From: an uncultured Gemmatimonadaceae bacterium
Lineage (GTDB): Bacteria; Gemmatimonadota; Gemmatimonadetes; Gemmatimonadales; GWC2-71-9
Direction: 5' to 3'
DNA length: 64,000 bases
Assembly (NCBI GenBank): GCA_964421625.1
Contig: CAYQXR010000006.1
Coordinates: 2,056-66,055, forward strand
Shown here: one piece after another, positions 17,878-26,840 of the stretch
Layout: each line of letters begins with the position of its first letter
How positions within the stretch are numbered: the first letter of the stretch is position 1
The notes under the pieces: model-generated
The model's input: the letters and a program-made list of their open reading frames with translations, nothing else
Told to the model about the DNA's origin: nothing
Database searches by the model: none
Made by a program: the position numbers and the translations under genes

Positions 17878-19959
17878 GTGGCAGTAGCTTCCGGTGTGCC
17901 GCCACTCCGTCTCGATTCCGCCGTCCAGTTCCTCAAGGGAGTCGGTGCCCGCCGTGCCGATGCGCTGGGGCGGCTGAACATTGCCACGCTGCACGACCTG
18001 ATTCTCCACCTGCCCCATCGCTACCTGGATGCCTCGACCGTGACCCCCATCGCCAAAGCGCGGGTCGGCGAGGAGGTCGCCTGCATCGGCACCGTGGTCT
18101 CCACCGGGGTTCTCCCCACTCGGCGGGGCCTGCGGGTCTTCCAGGCGGTGCTGGAGGATGCCAGCGGGCGGATCGAGTGTTCCTGGCCGGGGCAGGCCTT
18201 TCTGGATCGCACCATCCGTCCCGGCCTGCTGCTGCTGGTGGTCGGGCCGGTGCGGTTCTACCACGGGCGCCAACTCGCCCCGCGCGAGCAGATCGTGCTG
18301 GGGGAGGCGGGCGACGCGGCCGCATCCGGTCGCGTGCTGCCCATCTACCCTGCCACCGAAGGTCTGACACCCCGCTTCCTGCGCGGGCTGATTCAGCAGG
18401 TGCTCGATCAGGCCATCCCCCTGGTGCCGGATCTGTTGCCGGAGGCCCTCCGGGAGCGGTTCGGTCTGCCCCCGTTGGCCGAGGCGCTGCGGGCCATCCA
18501 TGCGCCGGAGAGCCTGGCGGAAGCGGAGGCGGGGCGGCGACGCCTGGCCGTGGACGAACTGCTCGACCTGCAACTCATGCTGGCACGGGCCCGCCTGGTG
18601 GCCCGGCGGGACAGGGATGGCATCCGGTTCGAGGTACAGCGCACGCTGACGACGGCGCTGCGGGAGTCGCTCCCCTGGGAACTCACCGCCGACCAGCGGC
18701 AGGCGGTGCGGGCCATCTTCGCGGACATGACACAGCCCGCCCGCATGCATCGCCTGCTCATGGGCGATGTCGGCACCGGCAAGACCGTGGTAGCGCTCTT
18801 CGCCATGCTGCTGGCCCTGGAGAACGACTGCCAGGCCGCCCTGATGGCGCCGACCGAGCTGCTCGCCGAACAGCACCACCGCACCCTGGAGCGGCTCCTG
18901 GTGCCGCTGGGCATCGTCCCTGAACTGCTGGTCGGCCGCCTGCGCGCCGCGGACAAGCGGGCCGCCCGGGATCGGCTGCGTGATGGCACCACCCGTATTG
19001 TCGTGGGGACGCATGCCCTGCTTCAGGACGAGGTGACGTTCCAGCGACTGGGACTGGTGGTCATCGATGAGCAGCACCGCTTCGGTGTCGAGCAGCGCGG
19101 GGCGTTGATGGCCAAAGGCGATGCACCCGATGTGCTGCTGCTGACGGCCACACCGATTCCCCGCTCGCTGGCCCTGACGCGCTACGGCGATCTCGACACC
19201 TCGGTGCTCCGGATGCGGCCGCCCGGGCGCGGCAGTGTCCGCACGACGGTCCGTCTGCCGGCGCAGCGGGAGGCCGTCCTGCACTTCGTCCGCGAGGCCG
19301 TGACGGCGGGTGGACAGGCCTACATCGTGCTGCCGGTCATCGAGGAGTCGGCCCAGGCGGATCTGCGCGCCGCCCAGGTGATGGCGACCACACTCCGGGC
19401 CCAGTGGCCGGAGTGCACCGTGGGCCTGGTCCATGGTCGCCTCAAACCGCCTGAACGCGATCAGGTGATGCGGGCTTTCCGGAACGGCGAGATCCAGGTG
19501 CTGGTGGCGACCACGGTGATCGAGGTCGGTATCGATGTGCCCAACGCCAATGTGATGGTGATCGAGCATCCCGAGCGCTTCGGGCTGGCGCAGCTCCATC
19601 AGTTGCGCGGGCGGATCGGGCGGGGCAGCGCCGACGCGCACTGCATTCTGCTGGCCGCAGGGAATGGGGTGCCGCCCCGTCTGCGCGCTTTTGCGGCCAC
19701 CGAGGACGGGTTCCGGATCGCGGAGCTGGATCTGGAAGAGCGGCGGCAGGGTGACCTGCTGGGTGCCCGCCAGTCCGGTGGCGTAGATTTCCGCGTGGCC
19801 CGTTTTCCCGACGACACTGATCTTCTGGCCGAGGCTCGGGCGCTGGCGCAGAGCCTGCTTGAGCGCGATCCGCTGCTTGAGGCGCGCGAACATCGTCCGC
19901 TGCGCGAGCGGGTGCTGCTGCGCTACCCGCGGGGCGAAGACCTGTTCCGGGTGGGCTGA
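17878..19959 (+). CDS. recG: ATP-dependent DNA helicase RecG
   Basis: Wedge/OB N-terminus plus helicase motifs (LLMGDVGTGKTVVA, VIDEQHRFGV, LLLTATPIPRSL, QLHQLRGRIGRG). Confidence 0.93.
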   Translation: MAVASGVPPLRLDSAVQFLKGVGARRADALGRLNIATLHDLILHLPHRYLDASTVTPIAKARVGEEVACIGTVVSTGVLPTRRGLRVFQAVLEDASGRIECSWPGQAFLDRTIRPGLLLLVVGPVRFYHGRQLAPREQIVLGEAGDAAASGRVLPIYPATEGLTPRFLRGLIQQVLDQAIPLVPDLLPEALRERFGLPPLAEALRAIHAPESLAEAEAGRRRLAVDELLDLQLMLARARLVARRDRDGIRFEVQRTLTTALRESLPWELTADQRQAVRAIFADMTQPARMHRLLMGDVGTGKTVVALFAMLLALENDCQAALMAPTELLAEQHHRTLERLLVPLGIVPELLVGRLRAADKRAARDRLRDGTTRIVVGTHALLQDEVTFQRLGLVVIDEQHRFGVEQRGALMAKGDAPDVLLLTATPIPRSLALTRYGDLDTSVLRMRPPGRGSVRTTVRLPAQREAVLHFVREAVTAGGQAYIVLPVIEESAQADLRAAQVMATTLRAQWPECTVGLVHGRLKPPERDQVMRAFRNGEIQVLVATTVIEVGIDVPNANVMVIEHPERFGLAQLHQLRGRIGRGSADAHCILLAAGNGVPPRLRAFAATEDGFRIAELDLEERRQGDLLGARQSGGVDFRVARFPDDTDLLAEARALAQSLLERDPLLEAREHRPLRERVLLRYPRGEDLFRVG

Positions 19960-20987
19960 TGTATCAGACCTGCCTCTTCTGTGCACAGTCGCTGGGTCGG
20001 AACCAGGTCCTCGAGGATCTGCCCATCGGCCGCCGCGTGGTGTTCGACAGCGCCCGGGGGCGGTTGTGGGTGGTCTGTCGCCGCTGTGAGCGGTGGAATC
20101 TGGTGCCCTTCGAGCGTCGGCTGGAGGCGATCGACGCGGCTGAGCGTGAGTTCCATCACGCGCGGCTGCGGTACTCGTCCGGGGAGATCGGCCTGGCCAA
20201 ACTGCCGGAGGGCCTGGAACTGGTCCGGGTCGGGCGGCCCCTGCGGCCGGAGTTTGCGGCCTGGCGCTATGGCGATCAGTTCGGGCGCCGTCGGCGCCGG
20301 ATGTGGCTGCTGGGCTCTGCGGCAATTGCAGGAACCGTAGCAGTGGGGGGCGCCCCGCTGGGTGTGGCGGCCCTCGGCCAGCCGACGCTCTCCGTTGGAC
20401 TCTCGCTGGTCCTGGTGGGCGGTCAGTTCGCCTTGGCCGCGGCTGCCACGGCCAAGTCTCTGGGCCGGGTGGTTGCCCCCGACGGGCAGGTCGTCATCGT
20501 CCCGATCACCAGCGTGGCCCGCGATGCGCGATTGCGCCGTGGCCATCAGGAAGAACTGGAACTGGTGATGCAAGTGCATCGACCCGGCCCGAATGGCACC
20601 TCGTTGTTGCGGCGGATCTGGACAGGTGACGAACAAATCACGCTCAAGGGCCCCGCTGCCCTCGACGGACTCCAGCGGCTGCTGCCCGGCCTCAACAATC
20701 TGGGCGGATCCCGGCGGGTGATCACCGAAGCCGTCGATCTCTCAGCCGGGCGCGACATGCCCGGCCTGGTCGACGACATGATGCAGGGGAAGCGCTTCCT
20801 TCACCTGGCGCGATTGGCCGAGCCGATGCGGCTGGCGGCCGAAATGGTGTCGCAGGAACAGACGGAACAGGCCGCCATGAACGGCGAACTGGCGCTACTC
20901 GAACGCGCCTGGCGTCAGGCGGAAGAACTCGCCGCGATTGCCGACGGCCTGGCGCTGCCGCCATCGGGGGCCGCGACCGATGGCTGA
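19959..20987 (+). CDS. Uncharacterised zinc-ribbon membrane protein, paralogue A
   Basis: N-terminal CxxC...CxxC (CLFC...CRRC), an RRRRR stretch followed by two hydrophobic segments, and a conserved C-terminal LLERAWRQAEELAAIADGL. The start ATG overlaps the recG stop (TGATG). Confidence 0.7.
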   Translation: MYQTCLFCAQSLGRNQVLEDLPIGRRVVFDSARGRLWVVCRRCERWNLVPFERRLEAIDAAEREFHHARLRYSSGEIGLAKLPEGLELVRVGRPLRPEFAAWRYGDQFGRRRRRMWLLGSAAIAGTVAVGGAPLGVAALGQPTLSVGLSLVLVGGQFALAAAATAKSLGRVVAPDGQVVIVPITSVARDARLRRGHQEELELVMQVHRPGPNGTSLLRRIWTGDEQITLKGPAALDGLQRLLPGLNNLGGSRRVITEAVDLSAGRDMPGLVDDMMQGKRFLHLARLAEPMRLAAEMVSQEQTEQAAMNGELALLERAWRQAEELAAIADGLALPPSGAATDG

Positions 20988-22053
20988 CATGCTGCGATCC
21001 TGCATCTACTGCACGGCTGATCTGGGCAGCAATGCCGTCATCGAAGACCAGCCAGTCGGAGAGCGCCTGGCGTTCGACGAAGCCAAAGGCCGACTCTGGG
21101 TGGTCTGCCCCACCTGCCACCGCTGGAACCTGGTACCCTTCGATCGCCGCCTGGAGGCCATCGAGGCCTGCGAGCGACTCTACCGCCGGACGGCCACCCG
21201 CTTCGCGACGGACCAGATCGGCATGGCCCGCGCCGCCAGCGGGCTGACGTTGATCCGGGTCGGTCGACCGGTGGGGGAGGAGTTCGCCAGTTGGCGCTAC
21301 GGCGAGTCGTTCCGAATCCGGCGCCGCCGGACGCTGCTGGTCTCGGCGGTGGCGGGTTCGCCCTTTGCATGGCTGTACGGTCAGAACTATGCCCACCGGC
21401 TCCTTGACGGCCAGGTCTCAAGTCTGCTTGGCGTCGCCGGTGCTGGAGTGATGATTTGGGCTGCTGGGGTTACCGGGTTGCAGTGGGGGAAGAACCTTAC
21501 CTACTGGTACCGTCAGCGACTCCCGGTGCGGCATCCCGACACGGACCTCCGTCTGACGCTGCGGGCCAAGGACGTTCGGAAGAGTCAGTTGGCGCTCGAC
21601 GGCAACACCCCCGCGCTGGTGGTCCCCGGGAGCAGGCGAACCGATGGCCAGGACCTGCGCTTCACTGGCGAGGCACTGCAGCAGACCCTGGTCCGGGTGC
21701 TCGGCAAGCTCAACGTGGCTGATGGGAAGCGGAAGGATCTCGATGAGGCGGTCAAGCTGGTCGTCGCATCCCGGCGGAGCAATCCTGAACTGCCCACTGC
21801 CCGCTTGGTCAATGCGCCACCCGGCACAACGCTGAACGCCCTGCCTGTCGTAGCCCGACTGGGGCTCGAGATGCACGCCAACGAGGATGCCGAACAGCAG
21901 TTGCTGGCGGGAGACCTCCGGCTGCTGGAGCGGCAGTGGCGCGAGGCCGACGCCCTGGCAGCCATTGCCGACGGCCTGCTGCTGCCGTCGCTGGACGGAT
22001 TGTCGCCGACCGGCGCGGAGCCGCCCGTTGCTCTCCCTCCGGATCGCCCCTAG
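20980..22053 (+). CDS. Uncharacterised zinc-ribbon membrane protein, paralogue B
   Basis: Same architecture as the upstream gene (CIYC...CPTC, RIRRRR plus TM segments, LLERQWREADALAAIADGL). ATG 20980 overlaps the stop of paralogue A by 8 nt; ATG 20989 is an alternative start. Confidence 0.7.
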   Translation: MADMLRSCIYCTADLGSNAVIEDQPVGERLAFDEAKGRLWVVCPTCHRWNLVPFDRRLEAIEACERLYRRTATRFATDQIGMARAASGLTLIRVGRPVGEEFASWRYGESFRIRRRRTLLVSAVAGSPFAWLYGQNYAHRLLDGQVSSLLGVAGAGVMIWAAGVTGLQWGKNLTYWYRQRLPVRHPDTDLRLTLRAKDVRKSQLALDGNTPALVVPGSRRTDGQDLRFTGEALQQTLVRVLGKLNVADGKRKDLDEAVKLVVASRRSNPELPTARLVNAPPGTTLNALPVVARLGLEMHANEDAEQQLLAGDLRLLERQWREADALAAIADGLLLPSLDGLSPTGAEPPVALPPDRP

Positions 22054-22101
22054 CTTGCGGCAGGTCAGCATGCCGTCTTCCATTTCGCAGAGTGTTTCGC
22101 C

Positions 22102-23397
22102 ATGAGTGTCGTCCGCATCATCGATCTTCGCCACCACGTGGGCCAGTCGGTCCGGATCCATGGCTGGGTCCAGACCACCCGCTCCTCCGGCCGGATCGCC
22201 TTCCTGGTGGTGCGCGACGGCACCGGACTGCTGCAGGCCGTGCTGCCCAAGGCGGAGGTGCCGCCCGAGGCCTGGGAGCGCTTCGCCTCGCTGACCCAGG
22301 AGGCCACGGTGGCGGTCACCGGTGTGGTCCGCGAGGACGCCAGAGCCCCCGGTGGCTATGAGCTGACGGCGACCGATCTCGAGATCCTCGCCCCCAGCGT
22401 GGACTACCCGATCACGCCAAAGGAGCACGGCACTGCCTTCCTGTTCAGCCACCGGCATCTGTGGCTGCGGTCTCGGCGGCAGGTGGCCATCGGGCGCATC
22501 CGGCACGAGATCGAGCATGCGATCCAGGAGTTCTTCTACCAGGAGGGCTTCATCCGGGTCGACACGCCCATCCTGACCGGCGCGATCGGCGAGAGTGCGG
22601 GCGAACTGTTCGCCACTGAGTACTTCGATCTGGGACAGGCCTACCTGGCCCAGACGGGCCAGCTCTACGGTGAGGCGGCCGCGGCGGCACACGGGCGGAT
22701 CTACACCTTCGGCCCCACCTTCCGCGCCGAGAAGTCCAAGACCCGTCGCCACCTGACCGAGTTCTGGATGATCGAACCGGAGGTCGCCTTTGCCGACAGC
22801 GAGGCGAACATGCAGCTCCAGGAGGCGATGCTGACGTTCATCGTCCAGCGGGTGCTGGAGCGCCGCCGTCCGGAACTGCTCGATCTGGAGCGCGATGTCA
22901 CCGCACTGGAGAAGGTGACGGGGCCCTTCCCGCGGATCACCTACTCCGAGGCGATTGCCCGGTTGCAGGCCGAGGGGAGCGACATCCAGTGGGGAACGGA
23001 CCTGGGTGCGGACGACGAAACCGCACTGGCGCGCGCCTACGATCGACCGCTCTTCGTGATGAACTATCCGAAGGAGGTCAAGGCCTTCTACATGAAGGAG
23101 AACCCGGACGATCCGCGCACGGTGCTCAACAACGACTGTCTGGCACCCGAAGGCTACGGTGAGATCATCGGCGGGTCCCAGCGCGAAGAGGACTACGACA
23201 AGTTGGTGGCGCGGATCCGTGAGCAGGGGCTCGATCCGGAGCAGTACGGCTGGTATCTCGACTTGCGCCGCTACGGCGGGTTCATGCACTCGGGCTTCGG
23301 GCTTGGGCTGGAGCGGACCGTCGCCTGGATCTGCGGGCTGCCGCATATCCGCGAGACCATCGCCTTCCCGCGGCAGATCCACCGACTGTACCCCTAG
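22102..23397 (+). CDS. asnS: Asparagine--tRNA ligase
   Basis: 431-aa class IIb aaRS with an OB-fold N-terminus, FRAEKSKTRRHLTEFWMIEPE (motif 2 region) and GFGLGLERTV (motif 3). Length and motifs fit AsnRS rather than bacterial AspRS. Confidence 0.88.
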   Translation: MSVVRIIDLRHHVGQSVRIHGWVQTTRSSGRIAFLVVRDGTGLLQAVLPKAEVPPEAWERFASLTQEATVAVTGVVREDARAPGGYELTATDLEILAPSVDYPITPKEHGTAFLFSHRHLWLRSRRQVAIGRIRHEIEHAIQEFFYQEGFIRVDTPILTGAIGESAGELFATEYFDLGQAYLAQTGQLYGEAAAAAHGRIYTFGPTFRAEKSKTRRHLTEFWMIEPEVAFADSEANMQLQEAMLTFIVQRVLERRRPELLDLERDVTALEKVTGPFPRITYSEAIARLQAEGSDIQWGTDLGADDETALARAYDRPLFVMNYPKEVKAFYMKENPDDPRTVLNNDCLAPEGYGEIIGGSQREEDYDKLVARIREQGLDPEQYGWYLDLRRYGGFMHSGFGLGLERTVAWICGLPHIRETIAFPRQIHRLYP

Positions 23398-24131
23398 TCG
23401 GCGCTCCGCCGCTCGGCCTGTTTCACGGCGTCCCAGATCTGGTCCAATTCGGCCAGGCTGGCCTCACCGAGGACCAGGCCGGCATCGCGGGCACCGGCTT
23501 CGACAGCCTCGAAGCGGCGCTGGAACTTGTGGTTGCTCCGTTCCAGCGCATGATCGGGGTCGACCCCCGCCTTGCGGGCCAGATTCACCACGGCAAAGAG
23601 CAGGTCACCGAGTTCGTCAGTGAGGCGTTCCGTACGCGCCGCATCCGTGGCGGTCAGCTCGGCCTCGGTTTCCGCCAGTTCCTCATGGACCTTGGCCAGG
23701 GGGCCGACGGTGTCGGGCCAGTCGAAGCCGACGCCGGCGGCGCGCTCCTGGAGTCGACGGGCCTTGAGCAGCGGGGGCAGGGTGGCGGGCAGACCATCGA
23801 GCCGCCCCCTGGATCGACGCGGTTCACGGGCCTTCAGCGCTTCCCAGTCGGCGCGGGGCCCGAGGTCGAAGAGGTGCGGGTGACGGCGCTGCATTTTGGT
23901 CACCAGGTCGTCGGCGATGTCGTCGGCAGTGAACTCCCCCAGCTCGATACCGAGCACCAGTTGCCAGGCGAGGTGCAGCATCAGGTCGGCGACCTCCTCG
24001 CGGATGGCACCGGGGTCGCCGGACCCAAGGGCGGCGGCGAGTTCGTGGGCCTCTTCGATCAGGTAGGGGCGGAGGGTGTTGCGCGTCTGAACCCGGTCCC
24101 AGGCACAGCGGGCGCGCAGGTCGGCCACCAT
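23394..24131 (-). CDS. mazG: Nucleoside triphosphate pyrophosphohydrolase MazG
   Basis: Tandem MazG domains (EEAHELAAAL, EVADLMLHLA, EELAETEAE, ELGDLLFAVVNLARK). The start is uncertain: ATG 24131 (MVADLRARCAWDRVQT) or GTG 24221. The stop shares a CTAG palindrome with the asnS stop. Confidence 0.85.
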   Translation of the reverse strand: MVADLRARCAWDRVQTRNTLRPYLIEEAHELAAALGSGDPGAIREEVADLMLHLAWQLVLGIELGEFTADDIADDLVTKMQRRHPHLFDLGPRADWEALKAREPRRSRGRLDGLPATLPPLLKARRLQERAAGVGFDWPDTVGPLAKVHEELAETEAELTATDAARTERLTDELGDLLFAVVNLARKAGVDPDHALERSNHKFQRRFEAVEAGARDAGLVLGEASLAELDQIWDAVKQAERRSAD

Positions 24132-25281
24132 GGCTGTGGCACGTTCCAGGGGGGGGATGCCTTGCGTCCCGTCGTCGGTTGTCCTAGTCTCCCGTGTGCG
24201 CAAATCCTTCGCTCCTGACACGTCGCGGGCATGGGTCGATATCGACCTCGACGCCCTGGTTCGCAATGCCCGATCCTTCGCCGCCCGGACCGGCGTTCCC
24301 CTCGTTCCCATGCTCAAGGCCGACGGCTATGGCCTGGGGGCGGTTGCAGTGGCCCGGGCCCTCTCCCCCTGTGATCCCTGGGGCTTCGGCGTCGGCACCT
24401 TGGACGAGGCCCGGGAACTCCACGTCAACGGTGTCCTGCGGCCCGTGATCATCTTCTCGCCGCTGGTGCCTGACCTGGTCGACCTGACCGCCGCGGTGGC
24501 GGCTCGCCCGACCATCGGAGACCTCGCCGCCCTGCAGGCCTGGCTGGCGAGGAGCGGTGGGCTGCCGTTCCACCTCGAGGTGGATACCGGCATGGGCCGC
24601 TCGGGCTTCCCCTGGCATGACGCGTCGCTTCGTGACGCTGTGCGGAATCTGCTCCAGGATGCCGCCGGATGGGAGGGTGTCTTTACCCACTTCCACTCCT
24701 CGGACTGGGATCCGGCCGCGACCGAGACCCAGTGGCAGCGATTCCAGGAGTGGCTGGCAGGGGTCGGGCGGCGTCCCGGTCTGGTGCATGCGGCCAACTC
24801 GGGCGCTGGTCGGTATGGACGGCAATACGCCGGCGATCTCACCCGTCCGGGCCTCCACCTGTACGGCGGGCGGATCGACGGCCTGGAGGCGGTGCCCGTG
24901 ATGGCGCTGCGGGCCCGGATCGTGGCCCTGCGGCAGCTCGGGGCAGGGGAGTCGGTGAGTTACGACGCCACCTGGCGTCCCCCAGCACCGACCACCGTGG
25001 CCACCCTCGGCATCGGCTATGCCGACGGGCTGCCGCGGAGCCTGTCGAATGGCGGGGCCGTCGAGGTCCTGGGGCGGCGTCTGCGCATCGTCGGGCGCGT
25101 CACCATGGATCACACCGTGATCGACGTGGGAGACCTGCCGGTGAGCGTCGGCGATGTCGCGACGCTGATCGGAGGATCGATCACCCTCGAAGAGCAGGCC
25201 ATGCTGGCGGGAACCGTCGGCTACGAGATTCTGACCGGCCTGGGCGCCCGGCTGCCCCGGAGCTATCACCGCGAGGACTGA
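24130..25281 (+). CDS. alr: Alanine racemase
   Basis: WVDIDLDALVRNAR start region, the PLP-lysine motif VPMLKADGYGLG, and C-terminal GRVTMDHTVIDV. The start is ATG 24130 or GTG 24196. Confidence 0.9.
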   Translation: MAVARSRGGMPCVPSSVVLVSRVRKSFAPDTSRAWVDIDLDALVRNARSFAARTGVPLVPMLKADGYGLGAVAVARALSPCDPWGFGVGTLDEARELHVNGVLRPVIIFSPLVPDLVDLTAAVAARPTIGDLAALQAWLARSGGLPFHLEVDTGMGRSGFPWHDASLRDAVRNLLQDAAGWEGVFTHFHSSDWDPAATETQWQRFQEWLAGVGRRPGLVHAANSGAGRYGRQYAGDLTRPGLHLYGGRIDGLEAVPVMALRARIVALRQLGAGESVSYDATWRPPAPTTVATLGIGYADGLPRSLSNGGAVEVLGRRLRIVGRVTMDHTVIDVGDLPVSVGDVATLIGGSITLEEQAMLAGTVGYEILTGLGARLPRSYHRED

Positions 25282-25282
25282 C

Positions 25283-25549
25283 ATGTCATCTGCCATGAAT
25301 CCGCATTTCATTTCGCTGGTCATGGGACTGGCGTCCCAGGCCGATGCCGCGCTCCAGGGGGAGTTGCCACCCGGTGCCGAAGAGGCGGGGGCCTCGGATG
25401 CCCGCCAACTGGCGCAGTCACTGATCGACACCCTCGGCGTGCTGGAACTCAAGACGCGGGGCAATCTGGAGCCGGAGGAGGCGCGGCTGCTGGAGGGGGC
25501 GTTGACCACGCTGCGCTTCAAGTTCGTGACCGGGTCGCCGACGGGCTGA
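25283..25549 (+). CDS. Small acidic protein, DUF1844-like
   Basis: 88 aa. FISLVMGLASQA...QSLIDTLGVLELKTRGNLEPEEARLLEGALTTLRFKFV resembles the DUF1844 pattern as I remember it; this was not searched. Confidence 0.55.
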   Translation: MSSAMNPHFISLVMGLASQADAALQGELPPGAEEAGASDARQLAQSLIDTLGVLELKTRGNLEPEEARLLEGALTTLRFKFVTGSPTG

Positions 25550-25559
25550 GGCGGTTATC

Positions 25560-26840
25560 TTGGGGGGTTGTGCCGCCAGGCGGCATCCGGGGCTCGATCG
25601 GGCCCCGTCACTGATTGCGGAGGCGTCTATCAGAGCCCGTTCACTGTTGCCGGGACGCGGGATTCTCCGTGCCGTCGGCCTGTTTGCCCTCACCCTGTCG
25701 GTGGCCTGCACCGAGCAGTTGACCACCGCAGCCGACTGCCCGGCACTCTGCCCGGGGCAGCCAGTGCAATATCGGGACACGGTCCTTACGGTCACCTCCG
25801 ATCTGGCGGTGGCGGGGTACAGCGTGTCGCGCACCATCACCTCTGTGCTGGTGTCCAACGGTGGCGACTACGGGGAGCACCGCGGTGTGATCCGGTTCAC
25901 GCCCCGACCGGATTCGCTGTTCGTCGACTCCCTGCTGCCCTTCGAGTCGATTGATTCGATCTTCATCGAACTGGTGCCGCAGGCCTGGGATACCACCGTC
26001 ACGGATCAGTACCTCGACGTCTATCGGTTGCCGTCCACCACCGACACGCTGGCCACCTTTGCCGAGGTCGATGGTGCCATGACCGAGGCCACCTTCCTGA
26101 CCTCGGTCCAGATCACCGGCCCCTCGACGCCGACGCCGACCTATCTGCTCTTCACCGGCGACGATCTCGCCAAGTTCACCTTCGCCGCCGGTGAGCCCCG
26201 GTCCCTGGCGATCGGGCTGCGTCTGCGCTCCAGTCAACCCACCGGGATCCGGATCGGTGCCAGTGCGTCCGGGTCGGCGGGCCCCTCCTGGACCACCTGG
26301 GTGACGCTGCGGGTGGCGGATACCCTGGAGAACAATTTCATCCAGCGCAATGGTGGTCTGGAATTCACCGTGGTGGGTACGCCACCATCCTCCCATGACG
26401 CGCTGCGCATCGGCGGACTGCCCGTGTCCCGCGGGTTCCTCCGGTTCACCCTGCCGGACTTCCTGCGCGATTCGGTTGTGCTGGTCCGGGCGACACTCCT
26501 GCTCGGCCTGGATCATCCGATCGTGGGGATCCCGGGGGACTCGACCACCCTCCTGGTGCATACGCTGATCGGCGATCTCGGACCCAAGTCTCCCGTCTAC
26601 CCGAGCATCTTCGGGGGGGCGATGCTTACCTCCGGTCAGACAGAGGCCATGGAAATCGAGGTCCTGGATCTGGTCCGCCTCTGGCAGGGTGGCATCCGCC
26701 TGCCCTCGATCCTGCGGGTGATGATCGTGGAGGAGGGCAGCACCTTCACGGTTCCCCACCTCCGATCGCTGACGTCAGGGCTCGGCGAGCCCCGGTTGCG
26801 GCTGACCTATCGACCGCACTTCCAGTTCGGGGGCTACTGA
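25560..26840 (+). CDS. Hypothetical secreted protein or lipoprotein
   Basis: Signal-like LRAVGLFALTLSVAC with a possible lipobox. The true start may be the internal TTG 25647. The stop overlaps the start of the downstream barrel gene (TGATG). Confidence 0.6.
   Translation: MGGCAARRHPGLDRAPSLIAEASIRARSLLPGRGILRAVGLFALTLSVACTEQLTTAADCPALCPGQPVQYRDTVLTVTSDLAVAGYSVSRTITSVLVSNGGDYGEHRGVIRFTPRPDSLFVDSLLPFESIDSIFIELVPQAWDTTVTDQYLDVYRLPSTTDTLATFAEVDGAMTEATFLTSVQITGPSTPTPTYLLFTGDDLAKFTFAAGEPRSLAIGLRLRSSQPTGIRIGASASGSAGPSWTTWVTLRVADTLENNFIQRNGGLEFTVVGTPPSSHDALRIGGLPVSRGFLRFTLPDFLRDSVVLVRATLLLGLDHPIVGIPGDSTTLLVHTLIGDLGPKSPVYPSIFGGAMLTSGQTEAMEIEVLDLVRLWQGGIRLPSILRVMIVEEGSTFTVPHLRSLTSGLGEPRLRLTYRPHFQFGGY

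Noticed and set aside
17767-20325. Upstream ~850 codons of a 1002-aa minus-strand ORF
   Set aside because: It is antisense to a clearly recognisable recG, has Arg/Gly/Pro/His-rich composition, and contains no motifs. This is a typical high-GC shadow ORF. Only the last 150 codons (the lipoprotein at 17317-17766) look real.
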